Part shown: positions 46,408 to 56,213 of the stretch, in pieces
Numbering within the stretch: position 1 is the first letter of the stretch
How the letters are laid out: every line of letters starts with the position of its first letter
Origin: Nibricoccus sp.
GTDB taxonomy: Bacteria; Verrucomicrobiota; Verrucomicrobiia; Opitutales; Opitutaceae
Length of the DNA stretch: 64,000 bases
Reading direction: 5' to 3'
NCBI GenBank assembly: GCA_047602425.1
Contig: JASGHG010000001.1
Coordinates: 4,256,001-4,320,000 of the forward strand
The notes under the pieces: generated by a model
Database searches by the model: none
What the model saw: only the letters and a program-made list of their open reading frames with translations
What the model was told of the DNA's origin: nothing
Position numbers and translations under genes: made by a program

Positions 46408-49308
46408 CTACGACGACCGGGCGCCGGCGGCTTCTTCTACGGTCTCGCCGTTTTTTGCGTCGCGTCGCTTTTCAAGTTTTTCCCGGAGCGCTTTGGCTTT
46501 CTCCAAACCGCAGACTTCGGCTTGGGTGGCCATGCTGATGGCTTCTTCGAGATTCGGGGCTCCCGCGATGTTTTTGTACGTGGCGCCAGCGAGGAAATAG
46601 AGCGCTTCGCTGTGATTGGACGAGGCTGCTCTCCTCATCAACTGCAACGCGCGGGCCTGATCTTTTTCAACATAGGTACCGTGATAGTAAAGTTGACCGA
46701 GGTAAAAGCAGGCATTGCTGGAGTAGCTAGAGGCTTTTTCGAAGGCGGCGATTCCCTCCTTATGTTTTCCTTCTTTCATCAGGAGCATGCCCTGCCAGGC
46801 GAGGGCGTCGCTGTCGTTGTTAGCAAGGGCACGCTCGAGGTATTTTTTCGCTTTTGAGGGGCTGGCTTTCACGCCGAGACCTTGCTCGTAACAGCGGCTG
46901 AGACGTTCGCAGGCGAAGCCGATCTCGCCTTTGCCACCATATTCCTCAAGGAAGCGTAGCCATTCGATGGCCGTGGCGTATTCTTTTTTCTGAAGCAAAA
47001 CGTCGATGTTTGTGGTGAGTCCGGAAAAGTCGCCTTGGGCAATCATACGATCCAACCAGAATTTGGCGCGGTCCAAATCGATTTCGCCTAATTTCCCCGA
47101 CAGATAGAGATCGATGAGCTTCTTCAGGGAGCGCTTGTCGCCTTCGAGCGCGGCCAGTCGGTAGTGATAAGCCGCTTCCGTGTAGGTGACCGGCACGCCC
47201 TGCCCGAGTTCGTGAAGTTCACCGAGAACGAAATGATCCTCCGCTAAGCCCCACTCGGCGGCTTTTTCGTAGTACTGATAGGCTTTGCGGTAATCTTTTT
47301 CGACGAGGAGCCCGGCGCGATGGAGGCGGCCGAGATTTCGAGCGGCGTAGGCTAATTCCAAACGGAAAGCGGCTTCATAGTGCGCGAGCATTTTGTCTCG
47401 TAGTACGAGGTCGTCGGTACTCAAGGACTCGTATCGGGGCCTCTTCAAGCGAAGATTGATGGTGGTTGTCGGTTTTGGAGACGCTTTTGTTTCCTTTACG
47501 GCTTCCAAGACGGCCTTTTCGATATTTTCAAAACCGCCAAGACGATCCTCGTAGATGCTGGCCAGGTTGTTGTGAGCCCTGGCGTGGTCCGGATCGATTT
47601 CCAAACAGCGGAGATAGATGCGCTCGGCTTGCTCGCAATCGCGTTTGATCCCATTTCCATTGTCGAGCATGTTGGCGTAGTTGGCCATGCCATTTGGTTC
47701 GTTAGCCTCGGTCGCACGCTTGTAGCAATTGACGGCTGAACTCACGCATTCCGTCCCGTTTTCATTGAAAAGGTAACCTTGGTATTCGTGCAGCACACCG
47801 AGTTCGGTCCAGGCTTGCCCGTGGCCGGCGGCGCTTGCCTTCTTGAACCAGCGAATGGCGGCCTTGGGATCGGGCTTGTCGTCCCAGCCGTTAAGATAGC
47901 GCTTGCCGAGAAAATACTGGGCTTGCGGATCTTTTTTGTCCTTGGCCCAGGTTTCGATCAGTTTAACCCATTCGTCCCAATTGAGGACAGTTTTTGGACA
48001 TTCGCCCTTCGTACCCAGGTAACAGGCGAAGACCGTGTCCTTATGCTCCTTGAACAGAGCCTCGGCTTTGGCGGTATCTTTTGGTGTTCCAATGCCGTTG
48101 TAGAGGCAGATCGCGTAGTTCGCGGTGCCGAGCGTGTGTTTCGGCTTTTTGCCGCCGCCGACTTTTTCGAACCAGAGAAAGGCTTTGGCGGGATCGGGCC
48201 GGCCGAGTTCGTTTCCGGAGTATAAAAACGCGAGATGCAGCATGGCCCAGGCGTTGTCGTTTTCTGCGGCGAGTTCGAACCACTTGGCCGCCTCGGCGGG
48301 ATTGTAGTCCTTTGATTTTTTATTAGTGAACGTCGTGGCAATATCGTATTGAGCTTGGGTCTGGAACTCGGTTCCGGCGCTGCCGATTTCTTCTTCCAAA
48401 TCGCCGGCGGCGAAATCGTCGACTATTTTCAACGTGGTGTAGTTATGAATGCGCCGCATGCCCGCGCGAATGGTGAGGGTGCGGCTGATGGCCAGCATTT
48501 CATTGGCCTTCACCATGTCGCGTGGGATACCCTGGCCGAAGGCGTAGTTGAGCGCGGCTTGAACGGCGGCCAGATAGATTCCGGAGCGCCCCCCGATGCC
48601 GGCGGTGGCCGCGGCGACAAAGTGCTTTTGCGACAAATCGGTTTTTTTGCCGTCGATTGCAATCAGGCCGAGCAAATAATGGGCAGCGGCTTTACAATCA
48701 CCGACCGCGTCGCGATCGAGTTCCCCTGCGACGCCATGATTGGTGTCCGGTTTTTTGGCGATATCGGCCAGGTAATCAGCCGGTGGAACCGGACGGGAGT
48801 AATCGGCTTTTTCATCGACGGCCGCGGTGAGCCATTCGGTGGCTTTGTCGCGGTTTTTCCGGACGCCCGTGCCGCTGTAAAGACACTGGCCGAAGCTAAC
48901 CATCGCAAAGGCATTACCGCGTTCGGCGGCGAGCCGGTAACAGTTTGCGGCCTTGCGCTTGTCTTTGGAAAAACCGTACTGACCGGTCATGAGGCATTCG
49001 GCGAGTAGTGTCTGCGCGTGGGTGAACTCCATATCGGCGGCAGCTTGAAGGAGCGCCCGGCCTTCGGAAAGTTCTGCCGGTGACTTGCCATCGAGCAGCT
49101 TGAGTGCACGCCAAAACTTTTCAGCCGCAAGATCGGCTTTAGCGGTGGACGACGGATCGTCTTTTTTGGCGTCATTGGCGGTGTCTTTGACCTTGGGGAC
49201 CGGAGACGCGGGAGGGACGCTCGGTGCACCGGTTTCAGCCTCAGTCGATTGAGAGAAATTAATCAGGGCGAATGTCAGACCGAGGAAGATCGTTTTCTTA
49301 AAAAACAT
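46408..49308 (-). CDS. Large secreted Sel1-like repeat protein (paralogue 1)
   Basis: Signal peptide MFFKKTIFLGLTFALINFSQSTEA and many SLR repeats. Confidence 0.9.
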   Translation of the reverse strand: MFFKKTIFLGLTFALINFSQSTEAETGAPSVPPASPVPKVKDTANDAKKDDPSSTAKADLAAEKFWRALKLLDGKSPAELSEGRALLQAAADMEFTHAQTLLAECLMTGQYGFSKDKRKAANCYRLAAERGNAFAMVSFGQCLYSGTGVRKNRDKATEWLTAAVDEKADYSRPVPPADYLADIAKKPDTNHGVAGELDRDAVGDCKAAAHYLLGLIAIDGKKTDLSQKHFVAAATAGIGGRSGIYLAAVQAALNYAFGQGIPRDMVKANEMLAISRTLTIRAGMRRIHNYTTLKIVDDFAAGDLEEEIGSAGTEFQTQAQYDIATTFTNKKSKDYNPAEAAKWFELAAENDNAWAMLHLAFLYSGNELGRPDPAKAFLWFEKVGGGKKPKHTLGTANYAICLYNGIGTPKDTAKAEALFKEHKDTVFACYLGTKGECPKTVLNWDEWVKLIETWAKDKKDPQAQYFLGKRYLNGWDDKPDPKAAIRWFKKASAAGHGQAWTELGVLHEYQGYLFNENGTECVSSAVNCYKRATEANEPNGMANYANMLDNGNGIKRDCEQAERIYLRCLEIDPDHARAHNNLASIYEDRLGGFENIEKAVLEAVKETKASPKPTTTINLRLKRPRYESLSTDDLVLRDKMLAHYEAAFRLELAYAARNLGRLHRAGLLVEKDYRKAYQYYEKAAEWGLAEDHFVLGELHELGQGVPVTYTEAAYHYRLAALEGDKRSLKKLIDLYLSGKLGEIDLDRAKFWLDRMIAQGDFSGLTTNIDVLLQKKEYATAIEWLRFLEEYGGKGEIGFACERLSRCYEQGLGVKASPSKAKKYLERALANNDSDALAWQGMLLMKEGKHKEGIAAFEKASSYSSNACFYLGQLYYHGTYVEKDQARALQLMRRAASSNHSEALYFLAGATYKNIAGAPNLEEAISMATQAEVCGLEKAKALREKLEKRRDAKNGETVEEAAGARSS

Positions 49309-49319
49309 AAGACGAGGGG

Positions 49320-51782
49320 TCAGGGTGTTGCTGAAGCGGATGGAAGGTCATTGGCCCAGGAAGCGGCGAGACGAAGGGCTTCGCGTGCCTGGACGTCGAG
49401 CGCGGCGCTGTGCCGGCGGAGATCGCCGTCGAGTTCGGTCATGCGCAGAAGCATGGCCTCAAGTCCCTCGCGTAGGGCGGATGGGGTGGTTACGGAAGGC
49501 GCCTGTCGGGACAAGCAGGTTAGTACATCGTTTTCCGTGGTGTTTTCGAGCCGGTCAATGGCTTGCAATGCCTGACGCATTTGCTGGGCGGTGATGGTGG
49601 TGCCGGAAGCTTCCGAGAAGGCGATGGCGAGGGTGCTGGCATCGCCGAGAAAACGACGAAACTCGAATTGCTCAAGCCAGAGGAGACGAGGTTTGTCTTG
49701 GTCGGTTTTAAAGAGGAAACCGCCACTAACGAGATGATGACCCGCGGGCAGACTTCCTTCGGTTGGCGGTTGCAAGAGGTGTTTTCGGTGCGCGTCGAGG
49801 GTGAGTTGCACGGCGTCGATCTCGATATTGCGTGCGGGCCAGGCGAGGGAAACGGAGAGCTGGCGGCGTTCGTTGCGCAGCGCAATGAGCGAAGCTTCAA
49901 TTGCATTGTGCGCGGCGCGACGTTTTTCGATTTGCAGGCTCTCGCTGTTGGTTTCGGTCAGGGATTCGATCAGTTTTTTCTCATGCTGCCAGAGGGACCA
50001 CTCGGGCAAGTGGGCGATATTTTCCTGGGTTACACGGTCGAGTTTCGCAATGAGTTCGGGTGTAGTGGAATTTACGATACCGGGATAGGGGACGGCGGTT
50101 GCAGGAGGACTCAGGTTGTCGGCGGGCAGGGCGTGAGGCATGGCGACCTCCCGGCGGAAGTCAGGAAACGTTTGCTGAGGAAGCACAATGTCGGCGGCGA
50201 TGCCAGCGCACTGAACGGCGCGCCCGTTAGGTTGGTAATAACGTTCCTGGGTGAGACGGAGCGTGCCCCAGGTCTCGGCATCGGCGGGCGTGGCGACGCT
50301 GGTTTTGGCGAGTTCGATGTAGTTCTGGACGCTGCCCTTGCCGAAAGTGGCGGGACTGCCAACGATGAGCGCACGCCGGTGGAATTTCATGGCGCCGGAA
50401 AATATTTCCGACGCCGAGGCGCTGCGTTCCGAGGTGAGTACCACGAGCGGTCCATCGTAGCGCTCGGCGGATTCGGTCGCCAGGTGTTCGATGGTTTTTC
50501 CGTCGAGTCCGCGGGAGAGCATAATGAGTCCCTTAGGAATAAAAAGCCCGCTGAGCGCCCGAGCTTCGGTGAGTGCGCCACCGCCATTGTTCCGGAGGTC
50601 GATGACGAGGCCGTCGAGCCCGGTCGTGCGCATTTGCCGGAGGAGCTCAAGAACGTCCTGGGTCGCGCTGGTTTTGCCGGTTTCGTCTTCGTTGGCGTAA
50701 AATCCCGGAAGCCAGATCAGGCCGACGTTTCGGCTTTTGCCGTTGGCGGTGGGGACTTGGTAGAGAATTCCGCGGGCGCGGTTTTCGATGGATACAACCA
50801 CCGCTCGCTCAAGGGTGCAGGAGCGCGTGTCAGTCTCACCGGGATGCCGATAGGCGAGGGCGAGCTTGGTGCCGGGCTTGCCTCGAATTTGGGTGACGAT
50901 TTCGCGCAACCGTTTGCCCTTGGTTGAAGTCGGCGGGTTGCCCGGTTCGCCGTAAGCTTCGATCACATCGCCGGGTCGGAGTTCGGTGGTGAGATCGGCG
51001 GGGCCGCCGGGCTTGACGTCCGCGACGAGGCAGAGGCCGTTTTCCTTTTTCAAATCGAGACCGATGCCGGCGACCGCACCGCTCATCTCAAGGTGAAATT
51101 CCCTCGTGGAGTCGGCCGAGAAGTAACCGCTGTGCGGGTCGAAAGTTTGAAGGAGGCTGTCGAAAAAACGCTCCCGGACGGCCAGCGAGTCCATGGTCAT
51201 GACGTGGCGACGGGTTTGGACGTAGCGTTTTGCCACCGTGTCGGTGGCCTCTTTTTCGGTGGCGCCACGGAGAATTTCGGCGAGGACCTCGGCCTTAAGT
51301 TTGGATTCCCAGCGCAGGTCGGCTTCGGCGGCGTTGGCGGCGGGTGTTTTATTGGAGGGGGACGTTGTTTCGTCTTCGGTGAAGGTGAAACCACGGGAGA
51401 GCCGCTGCTCCGCCCAAGTAGTCCGCTCCTGCACGCGCTTCGCAAAAGTTTCGAAAATCTCAAAGGCGGGTTGCAGGTCGCCCTTGAAAAGGTAGACGGA
51501 ACGGAGGGTGCGTCCGAAGCGCGACCGGATAAAATCTATATCGTCTTTTAGCAGATAGTCGGCGTCGGCATCCAGGCCGTTCATGTACGTCGTAAGGATT
51601 TCGCGATTGTCCAGTTCGCGAAAAAGGCGGCCGGATTCGTGTCCATTTTGCATGAAGTCCACGACCAGCCGCGCTTCGCGTTCCAGCTGCCGTCGTTCGG
51701 TCGCGTTCAATGGCTGCATGCCGTGACAGGGCGCGGCAAGGCAAAGGCAGGTCGAGACCAGGACGAAAAACAATTTCCCCAT
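49320..51782 (-). CDS. Carboxy-terminal processing protease (S41, Prc/Tsp-like) with PDZ domain and extended C-terminus
   Basis: Signal peptide, FDPHSGYF, GIG PDZ, DLRNNGGG, catalytic SASASEI and FGKGSVQ. Confidence 0.92.
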   Translation of the reverse strand: MGKLFFVLVSTCLCLAAPCHGMQPLNATERRQLEREARLVVDFMQNGHESGRLFRELDNREILTTYMNGLDADADYLLKDDIDFIRSRFGRTLRSVYLFKGDLQPAFEIFETFAKRVQERTTWAEQRLSRGFTFTEDETTSPSNKTPAANAAEADLRWESKLKAEVLAEILRGATEKEATDTVAKRYVQTRRHVMTMDSLAVRERFFDSLLQTFDPHSGYFSADSTREFHLEMSGAVAGIGLDLKKENGLCLVADVKPGGPADLTTELRPGDVIEAYGEPGNPPTSTKGKRLREIVTQIRGKPGTKLALAYRHPGETDTRSCTLERAVVVSIENRARGILYQVPTANGKSRNVGLIWLPGFYANEDETGKTSATQDVLELLRQMRTTGLDGLVIDLRNNGGGALTEARALSGLFIPKGLIMLSRGLDGKTIEHLATESAERYDGPLVVLTSERSASASEIFSGAMKFHRRALIVGSPATFGKGSVQNYIELAKTSVATPADAETWGTLRLTQERYYQPNGRAVQCAGIAADIVLPQQTFPDFRREVAMPHALPADNLSPPATAVPYPGIVNSTTPELIAKLDRVTQENIAHLPEWSLWQHEKKLIESLTETNSESLQIEKRRAAHNAIEASLIALRNERRQLSVSLAWPARNIEIDAVQLTLDAHRKHLLQPPTEGSLPAGHHLVSGGFLFKTDQDKPRLLWLEQFEFRRFLGDASTLAIAFSEASGTTITAQQMRQALQAIDRLENTTENDVLTCLSRQAPSVTTPSALREGLEAMLLRMTELDGDLRRHSAALDVQAREALRLAASWANDLPSASATP

Positions 51783-51921
51783 GAAAGCGAGTGGACCGGG
51801 AGGAGCATGAAGTCCGCGGTCACACCACGTCAATCTGGCTATGGCGTGCAGTATGGGAAAACGAGCTGGATTTTGCGGGGGCGGGATCGCGTAATGTTCT
51901 TTTATAACTATTTCAACTCCT

Positions 51922-54513
51922 GTGTCCCCACGCGAATTGCCCATCTACGAAATCGAGAATGCCGTCGTTTCCCATCTTCGGGCTCAGGGCCGGCTGATCG
52001 TGCAGGCGCCAACCGGTTCGGGCAAATCCACGCAGATTCCGCAGATGCTTTATCGTCATGGGTTGCTCGGCGAGCGCGGCGAAGTGGTGGTGCTTCAGCC
52101 GCGTCGGCTGGCGACCCGGATGCTGGCAAAACGCGTGGCCGAAGAAATGTCCGTGCCGCTCGGCGATGTCGTGGGTTACCAAATACGACTCGAAGCGCGG
52201 GTCAGCGAACGCACACGCATCCGGTTTGTCACCGAAGGTATTTTGCTGCGTCAAATGTCGTTTGACGCTTCCCTGCGCGGTGTAAGCGCGCTGGTCTTCG
52301 ACGAATTTCATGAGCGGCATCTTTACGGAGACATCTCGCTGGCGCGGGCGATTCAGATTCAGCAAACGACGCGGCCCGACCTGAAAATCATCGTGATGTC
52401 GGCGACGTTGGACGCCGGTGTGTTGAAGGAATATCTGGCGCCCTGCGAAGTGCTGAAGTCGGAAGGTCGGACCTTTCCGGTGCGCATCGAATATTTGGCG
52501 AAGACGGCGAATTTCGAGCAGGAGCCGGTCTGGGATGTGGCGGCGCGCGAATGCGTGCGCGTGGCGGAGGCGACCAGCGGCGATTTTTTGGTCTTCATGC
52601 CCGGCGCGTACGAGATCAGCCGAACCGTTCAGGCCCTCCAAGGCGATCGTGGGCTGCGCGACTTCGTGATTTTTCCGTTGCATGGCGAACTTCCGCCCGA
52701 CCAGCAGGACCGCGCGGTGGCACGTTACGAAACGCGCAAAATCATCGTGTCGACCAATGTTGCCGAAACATCGCTGACCATCGACGGGGTGACGGCGGTA
52801 ATTGACGGCGGTTTGGCGCGTGTGGCGCGTTACGATGCGAATCGCGGGATCAATACGCTGCTCATCGAAAAAATTTCGGTGGCCTCCGCCGACCAGCGGG
52901 CGGGCCGCGCCGGCCGCACGGCGCCAGGTATCTGCGTGCGGTTGTGGACTGAACGCGAGCACGCGCAGCGTCCTTTGCAGGAATTGCCCGAGGTGCGCCG
53001 GCTCGATCTCGCGGAAGTGGTGCTCACGCTCAAAGCCAGCGGCATCGACGACGTGGCAGGTTTCCCTTGGTTGGAGAAACCTGAACCGAAGGCGCTCGAA
53101 CGGGCGGAAATGTTGTTGGAGGATTTGGGTGCGGTGGCATTTGAAAAAAGGAACAAGGGCCAAGGTCCAAGTGCCAAGGAGACAGCGGCGCTTTCGCGCA
53201 TCACGGAGGTAGGACGGAAGATGCTGCGTTTTCCGGTGCATCCGCGTTACGCGCGCATGTTGCTGGAGGCCGATGCGCGCGGTTGTGTACGGCCAGTGGC
53301 GATGATGGCGGCGCTAACCCAAGGTAGAAATTTTCTTCTTCGAGGCGTGCCACGCGAAGTCGAGGACGCCCGCGAGAACGTGCTCGGCGAAGAACACGAA
53401 TCGGATTTCTTTTTGCTGATGCGAGCCTGGCGTTACGCGGACCAGAATCGTTACGCACTCGATGCCTGCCGGCGTCTTGGGATTCATGCGCAGGGCGCGC
53501 GGCAGGTCGGACCATTGTTCGAACAATTTTTGGAAATTGCGGAGAAGGAAAAACTCGACGTGAGCGAGCGCCGTGTCGACGGCGAGGCGGTGCGCAAATG
53601 CGTGCTCGCCGGATTTTCCGATCACTTGGCGAAACGCCTGGATGCCGGCACGCTGCGCTGTGAGCTCGTGCACAAGCGCAAAGGCCTTCTCGCCCGCGAA
53701 AGTGCGATTGGCAAAACACCACTGCTCGTCGCGGCCGAAGTGAGTGAAGTCGAAGGCCGCGGGGGAGAAGTCAACGTGTTGCTGAGCCTGGCCACGGCGA
53801 TTCAGGAACCTTGGCTCAAGGAATTGTTTCCGGATGACTATTTCGAGGCGACGGGCGTGGTTTACGATGAGCAGGCGAAGCGTGTGATTGCGCGCCGTGA
53901 ACGGCGCTTTCGCGATCTTGTATTGGAGTCGAAGGCGAGTGCGGAGAATGTTCCTTACGACGAGGCCGCGCGTTTGCTGACCGCGCAGGTGATGGCGGGC
54001 AACTTGAAGCTCGAAGCGTGGGACGAATCGGTGGAGCAATGGATTGTGCGCGTGAATCGGCTTGCGGAATGGTTTCCCGAACTGGAAGTGAATCCGCTGA
54101 CCGACGCCGACCGGGCGACGTTGATCGAACAGATTTGTTACGGCGAACTTGGCTACAAAGACATTCGCGACAAACCCGTGATGCCAATCCTGCGCGACTG
54201 GCTGACGGCGGAGCAGCTTGCGGTATTGGACGACTATTTACCCGAACGACTCACCATGGCCAATGGCCGGCGTTCACGTCTGACTTATGCGAAGGAAGGT
54301 CCGCCGATTCTCTCCGCGCGCATTCAAGAACTCTACGGAGTCGAGGGAAAATTCACGCTCGGCCACGGGCGTGTGACGGTGAAGATCGAAGTGCTCGCGC
54401 CGAACCAGCGCCCGATCCAAGTCACCGACGACCTCACGAATTTCTGGCGCGACCAATATCCGAAAATCAAAACGGAACTTTCGCGGCGCTACCCACGCCA
54501 CGAATGGCGATGA
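51922..54513 (+). CDS. hrpB: ATP-dependent RNA helicase HrpB
   Basis: APTGSGKSTQ, QPRRLA, DEFHER, MSAT, STNVAETSLT, QRAGRAGR and the HrpB C-terminus LAPNQRPIQVTDDL..FW...Y...RYPRHEW. Confidence 0.96.
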   Translation: MSPRELPIYEIENAVVSHLRAQGRLIVQAPTGSGKSTQIPQMLYRHGLLGERGEVVVLQPRRLATRMLAKRVAEEMSVPLGDVVGYQIRLEARVSERTRIRFVTEGILLRQMSFDASLRGVSALVFDEFHERHLYGDISLARAIQIQQTTRPDLKIIVMSATLDAGVLKEYLAPCEVLKSEGRTFPVRIEYLAKTANFEQEPVWDVAARECVRVAEATSGDFLVFMPGAYEISRTVQALQGDRGLRDFVIFPLHGELPPDQQDRAVARYETRKIIVSTNVAETSLTIDGVTAVIDGGLARVARYDANRGINTLLIEKISVASADQRAGRAGRTAPGICVRLWTEREHAQRPLQELPEVRRLDLAEVVLTLKASGIDDVAGFPWLEKPEPKALERAEMLLEDLGAVAFEKRNKGQGPSAKETAALSRITEVGRKMLRFPVHPRYARMLLEADARGCVRPVAMMAALTQGRNFLLRGVPREVEDARENVLGEEHESDFFLLMRAWRYADQNRYALDACRRLGIHAQGARQVGPLFEQFLEIAEKEKLDVSERRVDGEAVRKCVLAGFSDHLAKRLDAGTLRCELVHKRKGLLARESAIGKTPLLVAAEVSEVEGRGGEVNVLLSLATAIQEPWLKELFPDDYFEATGVVYDEQAKRVIARRERRFRDLVLESKASAENVPYDEAARLLTAQVMAGNLKLEAWDESVEQWIVRVNRLAEWFPELEVNPLTDADRATLIEQICYGELGYKDIRDKPVMPILRDWLTAEQLAVLDDYLPERLTMANGRRSRLTYAKEGPPILSARIQELYGVEGKFTLGHGRVTVKIEVLAPNQRPIQVTDDLTNFWRDQYPKIKTELSRRYPRHEWR

Positions 54514-54561
54514 GGAGGACGGACGCCACGGGAAGCGGCATCTCTTTGACGTCAGCTTATT

Positions 54562-54777
54562 CTAGAGAACCTGGCAAAGGCCGCAGACGAGGACAACGAG
54601 GCCGAGGCTGATGTGAAACTGGAGCTGGCGCCAATGCTTCCACTGGGTTTCGTATTCGTGCGAATCAGCATCGGTGCGGGACACCACCATCCGGTTGAAG
54701 GCCGAACTGCCCTGTTGGTGACAAAGCGCGGCGAGGAAAAAGCCGACGAGGATGAAAGCTGTGAGAAATACTGCCAT
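54562..54777 (-). CDS. Small two-TM hypothetical protein
   Basis: Two hydrophobic segments flank a polar linker. It fills the gap between convergent units. Confidence 0.4.
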   Translation of the reverse strand: MAVFLTAFILVGFFLAALCHQQGSSAFNRMVVSRTDADSHEYETQWKHWRQLQFHISLGLVVLVCGLCQVL

Positions 54778-54977
54778 CGTGAGGCAAACGGAATTCCCGT
54801 TTGTGTATTCTGCAAACGAAGCAAAAAGGAATTAGCATCTGTTGAGTGGGTCGGTTCGTATGCCTAGTATTAGCTTTGCTGCGAATTCCACGGAGGGAGT
54901 GTTTACGTTAAATTAGTTTCATCCCAGGCCGACAGCTGACGGCGCACCGCGCGAACGACGCGGAATCCAAACCTGCG

Positions 54978-56183
54978 TTAGAATCGCAACGACAGTTGTT
55001 CGCGGGATTGCAGGGCGTGGGGCGCATGCCGCTGGTCGACGATGGCATTGGCAAAAGCCGGCGTAGTGACATGGAGCAATTCTTCCAGCGGAGCTTCGGT
55101 GATAACGTAGCGCTCATGACCGATTTCGTGCAGGAATCGAGTGTGGAGTCGGCAGACACGTTCGCTATCGCGACTCAAGCCGAGTTCCTGGGCAATCAGT
55201 TCGACCAGTGGCACCAATTCGCAGAACGGAGGGTCGTGGGGAAGTGAAATTGGTTCGTTGCGATCCGCGATGACCTCCACGCGATCGCGCGAACCGACGA
55301 TCAATGGACGTTCGCAATGGGCGCAGATGCTGCCGTGTTGGGCGTTCTGACAAAAGCCACAGTAATTGTAGTAGTAACCGGTGCGTTCGCAGGGGTATTT
55401 CACATAGCGGAGCAGTCGTGTTTGCGCGGGGTGGCGCAGTGTGGATATGACCGAATCATAGTTGGGCTCGATATCGAGGATGGTATATTCACGACCCAGT
55501 TTGGCTGGGGAATGCGCATCGGAGGAACAAATCAGCGTGTGGCCATCGAGTGCGGAAATGCGGCGACACATGGCAGGGGTGGAGGTGATGCCGGTTTCGA
55601 TGGCGAGCAGATGACGGGCGTTATCACCGAAGATTTCCTGGAGTGTCTGGCGTCCGCTCACGCTGCCGAGCGAGGAGAACCACGGGCTGAGTACGTGAGC
55701 CGGAGCGAGTTCACAGCCGTCGCCGTGGTCGAGGATGAGGGCAAGAAGGTCGTGCGAACTCAGCGCGAGGGTGGGGCGTCCGTCTTTCAGGTCACCGAAG
55801 CGAAGCAGTTTTTCGCGGAGACGGCGAACGCTCGCGAGTGACCGAAAATAAAGCAGGTGATGAAGTCCGCCGAGACGTTTGGTGCCATGCGGAGCGCAGC
55901 AGACTTCGGTGCTAAGCACGAAGCGCACCGGGCGCTGCAGGTGCAACGGCAAGGTTTCGCGGCTGGTTTGATAAGTTTCGGCGCGCGGGAGCAAAAACCC
56001 AGAGCCCGTTTCAAAGAGATGCCCCTCAATTTCTCGCAGCCAATCGGATTGCAGGCAGTCGCCGGTGCCGAGCACGTCTAGGCCCTTGCATTGGGCGCAG
56101 GTGATGATGCGGGGCAACGTCATGTCGGGCGAAACGTGGCCGGCGTAGCGCGAGTGGAGGTGAAGATCGACGGCGAGTTTCAT
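54978..56183 (-). CDS. Endonuclease Q-like PHP-domain protein (TIGR00375-like)
   Basis: DLHLHSRYA, GTGD, TEV, HHLLYF, DGRP, PAHVLSPWFSSLGS, ETG, SSDAHSP.KLGRE, a C-x2-C...C-x2-C zinc ribbon and the IG.E..V helical tail. Confidence 0.85.
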   Translation of the reverse strand: MKLAVDLHLHSRYAGHVSPDMTLPRIITCAQCKGLDVLGTGDCLQSDWLREIEGHLFETGSGFLLPRAETYQTSRETLPLHLQRPVRFVLSTEVCCAPHGTKRLGGLHHLLYFRSLASVRRLREKLLRFGDLKDGRPTLALSSHDLLALILDHGDGCELAPAHVLSPWFSSLGSVSGRQTLQEIFGDNARHLLAIETGITSTPAMCRRISALDGHTLICSSDAHSPAKLGREYTILDIEPNYDSVISTLRHPAQTRLLRYVKYPCERTGYYYNYCGFCQNAQHGSICAHCERPLIVGSRDRVEVIADRNEPISLPHDPPFCELVPLVELIAQELGLSRDSERVCRLHTRFLHEIGHERYVITEAPLEELLHVTTPAFANAIVDQRHAPHALQSREQLSLRF

Positions 56184-56213
56184 GGTGGTGGATGGTTTGG
56201 TTTTTGCGCGCGA

